Source: an uncultured Clostridium sp. (GTDB lineage: Bacteria > Bacillota > Clostridia > TANB77 > CAG-508). From it: DNA of 53,682 bases. Every line of letters starts with the position of its first letter. Position 1 is the first letter of the stretch. The stretch covers positions 1 to 53,682 of the forward strand of contig CANOPF010000002.1 in NCBI GenBank assembly GCA_947568535.1, written 5' to 3'. The notes under the pieces were generated by a model, which was not told the DNA's origin, searched no databases, and saw nothing but the letters and a program-made list of their open reading frames with translations. This document shows positions 47,005 through 53,682 of this stretch, piece by piece. A program made the translations under genes and the position numbers.

Positions 47005-47208
47005 TGATTCCGTAAGTTTTTACACGATTACTTATGAAAAAGAAAGGTAATGTTAAGAAAATGTCATATAAATGTAATAACAAAATAACAGAAAGAGATC
47101 TTGTGTTTCCGTAATAACTAGAAAGTTAAATGTTTATTTTCTACAAATCCTCCCTTGAAAAATAAAGGTGAATATGTGATGATATAAGAGAATAATGTGG
47201 AGGAAAAA
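47005..47208 (+). promoter_or_regulatory. Conserved ~200-nt upstream leader of LRR gene 1 (paralogous to 51333-51545)
   Basis: The same ordered blocks occur upstream of both LRR genes: (A/T)(A/T)CCGTAAG, AAAATGTCATATAAA, GTTTCCGTAAT, TTAAATG, C(C/T)CTTGAAAA and GGTGAATATGT(G/A)ATGATA(T/A)AAG. Confidence 0.5.
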
Positions 47209-49149
47209 ATGAGAAAGAATACAATCGTTATTACTATTTTATTTAGTTTTATTTTTAGTATAGGAATTGTCAGTGTAGGAAATATTTTGAACAAGAAAGA
47301 ACAATCGATTAGTCAAGTGGTGGAAACAGCAAAATATCAAGCAGAAGAAAAAAAGCTTTTATCGATAAACGACGAGGATAGTGAAGATGGCGACATAGAT
47401 GATGAAGATAATGGAAATGAAGAAGGAGAGATAATGGCAGAGTGGGATATTTCTGCAACAGGAGAAGAAAACGAAGTATTTGCCTATTTACTGGAAGATG
47501 GAACATTAATCATCACAGGAGAAGGAAGGATGAAAGATTGGACAACTAGTGATGGACAAGAGTGGAACGATAAAAAAATGGAAATTACATCTATTATCCT
47601 TGATGAAGGGGTAAAAAATATAGGAGAATGTGCCTTTTGGGGATGTGAGAATGTAACAGAAGTAGCGATTTCTCGTACAGTAGAAACAATTAGTGAGGAT
47701 GTATTTACCTATTGTAGAAGTCTAACAAACATAGAAGTAGATGAGGACAATGAATATTACAAAAGTATAGAAGGTGTTTTATTTGATAAAAAAGCAACAG
47801 AAATATTGTGTTATCCAGAAGGGAAGAAAGCAACTACATATGAAATACCAGATACAGTAAGATACATTGGAACGTCAGCCTTTATAGAATGTAAAAGTCT
47901 AGAAAGTATTACCATACCTAATACAGTGGTAGAAATAAAAAATGAGGCATTTTGGGGATGTAGTAAATTAACAGAGATAGAAATTCCTAATTCAGTAACG
48001 AGTATAGGAAATAGTGCTTTTAATGATTGTGCAGGTTTGACAAAAGTAAAAATTTCCAATTCAGTAAAAAGCGTAAAAAATGGAACATTTTTTCACTGCG
48101 TTAATCTGGTACAAGTAATGATTCCAGAAGGCGTGACCAATATAGAAAATTATGCATTTGTAGGATGTAGTCGTTTGAGGTGGATACGTATTCCTGATAG
48201 TGTAACCAATATAGAAGATAATGCTTTTGAGGATTGGTGTGAAGATTTTACTATTTATTGTCATGAAAACTCAGTAGCTAAAGAATATGCTGAAACAAAA
48301 AAGATAAACTATGAAATAATTGATAATGTAGCGCCAGAAATAATTAGTATAACAGGAAATCCAGAAACATGGACAAAAGGTAAAGTAACATTAACAGTAA
48401 TCGCTCGTGATGAACAACCAGGATTAGCAGATGAAGCTTATAGTTTTGATGGAGGAAAAACATGGCAAGTAAGTAATCAAAAAACATATACAGACAACAC
48501 AAAAGGAATTCAAATAAAAGTAAGAGATAAAGTAGGAAACATAAGCCAAAGTGAAGAGATCAATATAACAAAAATAATAAAGATAGACCGTATAGCAGTT
48601 AAAGTAAATCCAAACAAAACCAGTTATCATGTAGGAGATACTTTAGATACAACAGGATTACAAATAGAAGTAATTTATGATAATGAAATAACAAGAGAAG
48701 TCATAAAAAGTGGGTTTACTTGTGAACCAAAATTATTAACAGCAGGAACAAACAAAATTACTGTAACTTATCAGGGAAAAACAACAACCTTTGCGATAAC
48801 CGTGAAAGAGAGAATAGAAGAAAACGAGGATCAAGATCAAGTAGAAGAGCCAGATGAAGATACAGATGAAACTGATGAATGGGAGGAAATAGAGGACTGG
48901 ATTGAGACAGACGAATTAGAAGAAGACGCAATGGAAGATTGGGATGAGATAGACGATTTTGATGAAATAGAAGAAGAGTTAAGCAATAAGGAAGTAACAA
49001 GTAAAAGTTATGATTTTGAGAAAGAAGCAAAAGCAGAAACAAGTTTGCCAAAGACAGGTCATTCAATTGTGATATTTATCCTATTAACAATTGCCATAAC
49101 GGTAACATGTATTTTGTATGTAAAATATAAAGAGTATAAACAAATATAA
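47209..49149 (+). CDS. BspA-type leucine-rich-repeat surface protein with Ig-like domains, acidic linker and LPKTG cell-wall sorting signal
   Basis: GGAGGA SD before ATG 47209. LRR_5-like repeats (IPNSVTSIGNSAFNDCAGLTKVKI...). Ig-like domains (APEIISITGNPETWTKGKVTLTV...; VKVNPNKTSYHVGDTLDTTGLQIEVIYDN...ITVTYQGKTTTFAITV). LPKTG at 49045-49059 plus TM segment plus KYKEYK. Confidence 0.85.
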   Translation: MRKNTIVITILFSFIFSIGIVSVGNILNKKEQSISQVVETAKYQAEEKKLLSINDEDSEDGDIDDEDNGNEEGEIMAEWDISATGEENEVFAYLLEDGTLIITGEGRMKDWTTSDGQEWNDKKMEITSIILDEGVKNIGECAFWGCENVTEVAISRTVETISEDVFTYCRSLTNIEVDEDNEYYKSIEGVLFDKKATEILCYPEGKKATTYEIPDTVRYIGTSAFIECKSLESITIPNTVVEIKNEAFWGCSKLTEIEIPNSVTSIGNSAFNDCAGLTKVKISNSVKSVKNGTFFHCVNLVQVMIPEGVTNIENYAFVGCSRLRWIRIPDSVTNIEDNAFEDWCEDFTIYCHENSVAKEYAETKKINYEIIDNVAPEIISITGNPETWTKGKVTLTVIARDEQPGLADEAYSFDGGKTWQVSNQKTYTDNTKGIQIKVRDKVGNISQSEEINITKIIKIDRIAVKVNPNKTSYHVGDTLDTTGLQIEVIYDNEITREVIKSGFTCEPKLLTAGTNKITVTYQGKTTTFAITVKERIEENEDQDQVEEPDEDTDETDEWEEIEDWIETDELEEDAMEDWDEIDDFDEIEEELSNKEVTSKSYDFEKEAKAETSLPKTGHSIVIFILLTIAITVTCILYVKYKEYKQI

Positions 49150-49152
49150 ATA

Positions 49153-49180
49153 AAAAGGCTATTTCAAATAGCCTTTTTAT
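49153..49180 (+). terminator. Intrinsic terminator after LRR gene 1
   Basis: AAAAGGCTATT/TCA/AATAGCCTTTT, followed by TATTGCTATTTTT. Confidence 0.65.
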
Positions 49181-49270
49181 TGCTATTTTTTGAAATTTAT
49201 AGTAAAATCAATAAGAAAATAAAAAGGATGAAAAATAGGGATAAAAATAGGAGATAAGGAGGGAAAGCAA

Positions 49271-50023
49271 ATGAAATTTATCTCATGGAATGTCAATGGG
49301 ATACGAGCATGTATCAATAAGGGGTTTAACGATTTTTTTGAAAAAGAGCAAGCAGATATATTTTGTATCCAAGAGACAAAATGTCAGCCAGAGCAAATTC
49401 ATTTAGAATTTGACGGATATAGAAGTTACTGGAATAGTGCAGAAAAAAAAGGATACTCTGGAACAGCAATCTTTACAAAAGAGAATCCCATGTGTGTAAC
49501 CTATGGAATAGGAAAAGAAGAGCATGATAAGGAAGGTAGAATCATTACATTAGAATTTACAGATTTTTATCTAATCAATAATTATACACCAAATGCCAAA
49601 AGAGAATTAGAAAGATTAGCCTATAGGCAAAAATGGGAAGACGAAATCAGAAAATATTTAGTAAAATTAGAACAAAAAAAACCAATTATTATGTGTGGAG
49701 ACTTGAACGTAGCCCATCAGGAGATAGACCTAAAAAATCCAAAAACGAATAAAGGTCATGCTGGCTTCACCAATGAAGAAAGAGAAAAAATGACACAATT
49801 ATTAGAAGCAGGATTTATTGACAGCTTTCGATACAAGTATCCAAACCAAGAAAACGCATATAGTTGGTGGTCATACATGGGAAGAGCCAGAGAAAAAAAT
49901 GTAGGATGGAGGATTGACTATTTCATCGTATCAAATCAAATAAAAGAAAAAATAAAAGAAGCAAAAATATATTCCGAAATTATGGGAAGTGACCACTGCC
50001 CAGTAGGGTTAACATTATCGTAA
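49271..50023 (+). CDS. xth: Exodeoxyribonuclease III
   Basis: MKFISWNVNGIRA...DIFCIQETK...GYSGTAIF...NNYTPN...CGDLNVAH..IDL...GFT.EER...W.Y...R..N.GWRIDY...GSDHCP. Confidence 0.93.
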   Translation: MKFISWNVNGIRACINKGFNDFFEKEQADIFCIQETKCQPEQIHLEFDGYRSYWNSAEKKGYSGTAIFTKENPMCVTYGIGKEEHDKEGRIITLEFTDFYLINNYTPNAKRELERLAYRQKWEDEIRKYLVKLEQKKPIIMCGDLNVAHQEIDLKNPKTNKGHAGFTNEEREKMTQLLEAGFIDSFRYKYPNQENAYSWWSYMGRAREKNVGWRIDYFIVSNQIKEKIKEAKIYSEIMGSDHCPVGLTLS

Positions 50024-50036
50024 AATGGTCAAAGTG

Positions 50037-50080
50037 TGCCTGTCCCAGCTTGGCCACCCATGGCAAAACTGGGACAGGTA
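50037..50080. other. Isolated GC-rich hairpin (12-bp stem, 20-nt loop) in an otherwise AT-rich spacer
   Basis: TGCCTGTCCCAG (50037-50048) pairs with CTGGGACAGGTA (50069-50080). The loop CTTGGCCACCCATGGCAAAA contains the TGGCCA and CCATGG palindromes. There is no T-run on either strand. Confidence 0.5.
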
Positions 50081-50116
50081 CGACTTAGCCATAAAAAAAA
50101 GAAAGAAGGGATAAGT

Positions 50117-51259
50117 GTGAAAGGTTTTAAAGAGCAAGGAAGAAAATGGTTATATTGGTTTATGCTGGGAGTGGCTATTATTGTGGTTTATAAGGCTTTG
50201 GATAATTTTCCTGATGTGATGCATGTGGTTACTAAGTTTTTTGATATTGTTGCCCCATTTTTGGCTGGTATTTTTATTAGTTATTTGTTATATATGCCAT
50301 GTAGGAAGATGGAAGCATTTTATAAACGATCAAAATTAAGGTTTGTAAGAAGAAAAGCTAGGACTTTTTCTATTTTAACGGTGTATGTCATTGTTATGCT
50401 ATTATTAATTATTTTGATTCGTTTTATTTTGCCAGTTGTGTTTGAGAGTGTGGTAGATTTAATTAATAATATTCAAACTTATTATGAGATTACGATTAAT
50501 AAGTATCATGATTTGCCAAATGACAATATTTTGAAGAGTGATATGGTTAATGATGTTATGCGAACGATTCAGAATATTGATATTAAGCAATATTTTAAAT
50601 TAGATAAGATTATGGCGTATGTTGTTAGTGCCATCAGTGCTGTGACTGGTTTATTTGATGTATTTGTTGCTGTTATTGTTTCAATATATATTTTGGCAGA
50701 AAGGGCACAAATTTTGGCTTTTTTAAAAAAAGTAACAGAGGCAATATTTAAGGAAAGAACATATAAAAACATAGATAAATATTTTAATCATTCGAATGAG
50801 ATATTTTTTAAATTTATAGCTAGCCAATTCTTAGATGCTATTATTGTGGGAATCATGGTAACGATTGCTATGACCATTATGGGAGTTAAATATGCACCAT
50901 TATTAGGATTTTTGATTGGTCTATTTAATATGATTCCTTATATTGGTGCGATTATTGCTGTAGTGCTTTCTGCGATTATTACGTTAATAACAGGAGGTTT
51001 ATCACAAACAATTTGGATGTTATTGGTAGTAATTGTTCTACAACAAATTGATGCTAATATTATTAATCCTAAAATTATTGGACAATCGTTGAAAATTAGT
51101 CCATTGTTAGTTATCTTTTCTATTACTGTTGGAGGTGCTTATTTTGGCATAGTGGGGATGTTTTTAGCTGTACCAGCTATTGCAGTCATTCGTATATTAA
51201 TAGAGGATTATATCAATTATAAGATTTCGTCAAAGAAGAAAGAAAATGATCAACTTTAG
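50117..51259 (+). CDS. AI-2E family (PerM/YhhT-like) transporter; GTG 50117 preferred as start
   Basis: Eight or so TM helices. C-terminal ...NMIPYIGAIIAVVLSAI...QQIDANIINPKIIGQSLKISPLLVIFSITVGGAYFGIVGMFLAVPAIAV is the family signature. GAAGGG lies 6 nt before the GTG. The track's upstream 27 codons run through the GC-rich hairpin. Confidence 0.85.
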   Translation: MKGFKEQGRKWLYWFMLGVAIIVVYKALDNFPDVMHVVTKFFDIVAPFLAGIFISYLLYMPCRKMEAFYKRSKLRFVRRKARTFSILTVYVIVMLLLIILIRFILPVVFESVVDLINNIQTYYEITINKYHDLPNDNILKSDMVNDVMRTIQNIDIKQYFKLDKIMAYVVSAISAVTGLFDVFVAVIVSIYILAERAQILAFLKKVTEAIFKERTYKNIDKYFNHSNEIFFKFIASQFLDAIIVGIMVTIAMTIMGVKYAPLLGFLIGLFNMIPYIGAIIAVVLSAIITLITGGLSQTIWMLLVVIVLQQIDANIINPKIIGQSLKISPLLVIFSITVGGAYFGIVGMFLAVPAIAVIRILIEDYINYKISSKKKENDQL

Positions 51260-51278
51260 GGTTGATCATTCTTTTTTT
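51245..51278 (+). terminator. Intrinsic terminator overlapping the AI-2E stop codon
   Basis: AATGATCAAC (51245-51254) pairs with GTTGATCATT (51261-51270), followed by CTTTTTTT. Confidence 0.65.
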
Positions 51279-51332
51279 GCTATAGAACAAACGTGTTTAG
51301 TATGACATGTTCATGATGCTTGTTTTATTCTA

Positions 51333-51545
51333 GTAACCGTAAGGCTGGAGCAATTTTTGTAGAAAGAAAAAATCATTATAGAAAAATGTCATATAAACTT
51401 AATATAATAGATAGATAGAATGATATCAGAGGTTTCCGTAATGACTTAAATGAAGTTGATAGAAAATGAAAAAAAGCAACTCTTGAAAAGTTATGGTGAA
51501 TATGTAATGATAAAGTACATGAAGAGATAAGAAAGGGAGAGAAGC
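51333..51545 (+). promoter_or_regulatory. Conserved upstream leader of LRR gene 2 (paralog of 47005-47208)
   Basis: AAAATGTCATATAAA (51383-51397), GTTTCCGTAAT (51432-51442) and GGTGAATATGTAATGATAAAAG (51495-51516), in the same order and similar spacing as upstream of LRR gene 1. Confidence 0.5.
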
Positions 51546-53682
51546 ATGAGAAAAAGAACAGTGATCTATCTAAGCATATTTAGCATATTTGTATGCATAG
51601 GAGCAATATTTTTTATTAACAGATTTATATTAATAGAAAAAACAAATGACATCGTTAAGATAGCGACCTTTCAATCTAAAGAAGAAAAGGGATTAGCAAC
51701 AACAAATACAGTAGTACAAACATGGAATATTTCAGCAACGGTTAATGATAATGTAACAGCAACGTTATATAGAGATGGACGATTAATTATATCTGGGAGT
51801 GGAAAGATGAGAGAAAGTTGGGGGGGATATAGTGGTATGCCATGGTATAACAGCTTAGAACAAATAAAAACAGTACAAATTGATACAGGAGTAGAGAATA
51901 TAGGAGAGGATAGTTTTTATGGGTGTACAAGCTTAACAAGTATCACGATTCCAAATAGTGTGACGGCTATAGGAGAGTGGAGCTTTTATGGGTGTACAAG
52001 CTTAACAAGTATCACGATTCCAAATAGTGTGACGACTATAGAAAGATATACTTTTAGTGATTGTACAAGTTTAACAAGCATTACAATTCCGAATAGAGTG
52101 ACGACTATAAAAGATAGTGCATTTCGCAACTGTAAGAGCTTAACAAGTATCACGATTCCAAATAGTGTGACGACTATAGAAAGATATACTTTTAGTGATT
52201 GTACAAGTTTAACAAGCATTACAATTCCGAATAGAGTGACGACTATAAAAGAGAATGCATTTCGCAACTGTAAGAGTTTAACAAGTATCACGATTCCAAA
52301 TAGTGTGATGGCTATAGAAAGATATACTTTTTATGGGTGTACAAGCTTAACAAGTATCACGATTCCAAATAGTGTGACGGCTATAGGAGAGTGGAGTTTT
52401 TCTGAGTGTAGTTTAACAAGTGTTACAATTCCGAATAGAGTGACGACTATAGGAGAGTGTGCATTTTATTCTTGTAGAAACTTAACAAAAATAATTATTC
52501 CCAATAGTATAACCAATATAGGCAGTGAAGCATTTTCACAATGTAAAAATAATTTTACTATCTATTGTAAAAGTATATCATATGCTGAACAATATGCAGA
52601 ACAGAATTCCATACCATACGTAATAGATGATGCATCGCCAACAATAGGTAGCGATACAACAGGATGGACAAATCGTAATGTCAATATAAATGTAACAGAT
52701 AGTCAATCTGGACTAAAAGAGGTAACAGTAAATGGAACATTGATACCAAGTTCAAATGGAATATGCAACTACGAAGTCAGTGTAAATGGGACATATACCA
52801 TTGTAGCAACAGATAATTTGGGAAATAGTGGCACAAAAACTATACAAGTTAGTAAAATTGATAAAACCAATCCGACCTTAGAAGTAACAGGAAACCCAAC
52901 AAACTGGACCAATAGTGCAATTCTGAATATAACAGCATCAGATACTCAATCAGGGTTAAGCCAAATAACAGTAAATGGTGTTTCGTTGTCAAATGTAAGT
53001 GAAAGGATGAATTATACAGTAAGTACGAATGGAAGTTATACTTTTGTAGCAACTGATTATGCAGGCAATCGTACAACAAAAACAATACAAGTGAATAAAT
53101 TAGATAAAACTAATCCCACGTTAGAAGTAGCAGGAAATGCAACCAACTGGACGAATGCAAATGTAACATTAAATATAACGGCAATAGATAGTCAATCAGG
53201 ATTAAATCGAGTAACGGTAAAAAAAGATAATGAGGGAGAAGCAGACTTAGTGCTGAATAGTGGAAAAACAGACTATACAGTAAGTACAAACGGAAATTAT
53301 ACCTTTGTAGCCACTGACCAGGCAGGAAATACGACAACAAAAACCATAGAAGTAAATAAAATCGATAAAACAAATCTAACCATGGAAGTAACAGGAAACC
53401 CAACGAATTGGTGTAATACAGATGTCATGTTAACAATGGATATATCAAACAGTCAATCAGGTTTAAGCCAAGTAACAGTAAATGGAGTAGCTTTAGAAAA
53501 TATAAAAGAGAAAATGACATATGCAGTAAGTGATAATGGAAACTATACATTTACAGCCACTAACCATGCAGGAAGTAATATTACAAAAATAGTAGAGGTG
53601 AATAAAATTGATAAAACTAGTCCAACATTAGAAGTAGCAGGAAATGCAACCAACTGGACGAATGCAAATGTAACATTAAATA
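51546..53682 (+). CDS. BspA-type LRR surface protein 2 with tandem Ig-like repeats; 3' end beyond the window (absent from the supplied ORF track because no stop is reached)
   Basis: My own translation of frame 3 from ATG 51546 reads MRKRTVIYLSIFSIFVCIGAIFFINRF... It continues through about nine 23-aa LRR units (FYGCTSLTSITIPNSVTAIGEWS...), then at least five ~81-87-aa repeats (IDKTNPTLEVTGNPTNWTNS...SQSGLSQITVNG...YTVSTNGSYTFVATDYAGNRTTKTIQV). No stop occurs up to nt 53682. Confidence 0.85.
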   Translation, partial: MRKRTVIYLSIFSIFVCIGAIFFINRFILIEKTNDIVKIATFQSKEEKGLATTNTVVQTWNISATVNDNVTATLYRDGRLIISGSGKMRESWGGYSGMPWYNSLEQIKTVQIDTGVENIGEDSFYGCTSLTSITIPNSVTAIGEWSFYGCTSLTSITIPNSVTTIERYTFSDCTSLTSITIPNRVTTIKDSAFRNCKSLTSITIPNSVTTIERYTFSDCTSLTSITIPNRVTTIKENAFRNCKSLTSITIPNSVMAIERYTFYGCTSLTSITIPNSVTAIGEWSFSECSLTSVTIPNRVTTIGECAFYSCRNLTKIIIPNSITNIGSEAFSQCKNNFTIYCKSISYAEQYAEQNSIPYVIDDASPTIGSDTTGWTNRNVNINVTDSQSGLKEVTVNGTLIPSSNGICNYEVSVNGTYTIVATDNLGNSGTKTIQVSKIDKTNPTLEVTGNPTNWTNSAILNITASDTQSGLSQITVNGVSLSNVSERMNYTVSTNGSYTFVATDYAGNRTTKTIQVNKLDKTNPTLEVAGNATNWTNANVTLNITAIDSQSGLNRVTVKKDNEGEADLVLNSGKTDYTVSTNGNYTFVATDQAGNTTTKTIEVNKIDKTNLTMEVTGNPTNWCNTDVMLTMDISNSQSGLSQVTVNGVALENIKEKMTYAVSDNGNYTFTATNHAGSNITKIVEVNKIDKTSPTLEVAGNATNWTNANVTLN
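51891..52550 (+). repeat. Tandem 69-bp (23-codon) LRR units, including a near-identical 138-bp double unit
   Basis: 52029-52166 and 52167-52304 differ at about 4 positions. Further copies of ...tgtacaagcttaacaagtatcacgattccaaatagtgtgacg... lie on both sides. Confidence 0.9.
52626..53682 (+). repeat. Tandem 243-261-bp coding repeats (Ig-like domains), array truncated by the window end
   Basis: The unit landmark gataaaac(c/t/a)a(a/g)t recurs at 52860, 53103, 53364 and 53610. A 55-nt stretch is identical at 53121-53175 and 53628-53682. Confidence 0.85.

Noticed and set aside
50036-50116. N-terminal 27 codons of the AI-2E transporter ORF in the track (MPVPAWPPMAKLGQVRLSHKKKKEGIS).
   Set aside because: The frame runs through the GC-rich hairpin, has atypical composition and no SD. 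GTG 50117 follows a GAAGGG SD and precedes the first TM helix.
51986-52291. 101-aa minus-strand ORF with an internally repeated sequence (VVTLFGIVILVKL...).
   Set aside because: It is an artefact of the 69/138-bp tandem LRR coding repeats on the plus strand. The plus frame gives a canonical BspA-type LRR protein.
51891-52550. Regularly spaced direct repeats that could be mistaken for a CRISPR array.
   Set aside because: The 69-bp period is in frame within a long ORF. The stretches between the repeats are themselves repeated and there are no unique spacers. No cas genes and no leader are present.

Overview
This is an AT-rich (roughly 70% A+T by eye) chromosomal segment from an endospore-forming, Clostridia-like Firmicute. 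Supporting genes are spoIIE, CotF-type coat genes, mecA and a radC-mreBCD-PBP2-minC morphogenesis block. All functional calls come from motif recognition in the supplied translations; no database search was possible.

Layout:
(1) nt 1-5565 is the right-hand part of an integrated mobile element. It carries an IS110-family transposase fragment, an ECF sigma/anti-sigma pair, a 114-bp MITE-like insertion with perfect 19-bp inverted repeats and a 9-bp target duplication, and a convergent small-RNA/small-ORF module. It also carries a TnpW-like mini-ORF and a frameshifted large serine recombinase. The recombinase end abuts a 5'-truncated ZIP metal-transporter gene. The small-RNA/small-ORF module matches the architecture of the par (Fst/RNAII) type I toxin-antitoxin locus, but its peptide is hydrophilic.
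(2) nt 5972-18445 holds pcrA, two coat-F genes, an M23 peptidase, mecA, DUF4321, radC, mreB, mreC, mreD, PBP2, an orphan minC and a convergent two-gene operon of unknown function.
(3) nt 18788-37236 (18.4 kb, one third of the window) is the most striking block. It holds two tandem, diverged copies of a translationally coupled two-gene module (A 1600/1601 aa, B 1288/1549 aa). These encode giant surface proteins with SdrD-B/CnaB-like and DUF11-like domains and non-canonical xxxTG sorting-like signals. No sortase, pilin motif or export gene lies nearby.
(4) nt 37528-53682 holds spoIIE, a WG-repeat protein, acpS, tatD, htpX-lemA, a G5/cell-wall hydrolase, xth, an AI-2E transporter and two paralogous BspA-type LRR surface proteins. 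The LRR genes share a conserved ~200-nt leader and highly repetitive coding DNA.

Caveat: the serine recombinase, radC and mreB each carry one extra nucleotide that breaks the frame, so indel errors in the assembly are a real possibility.
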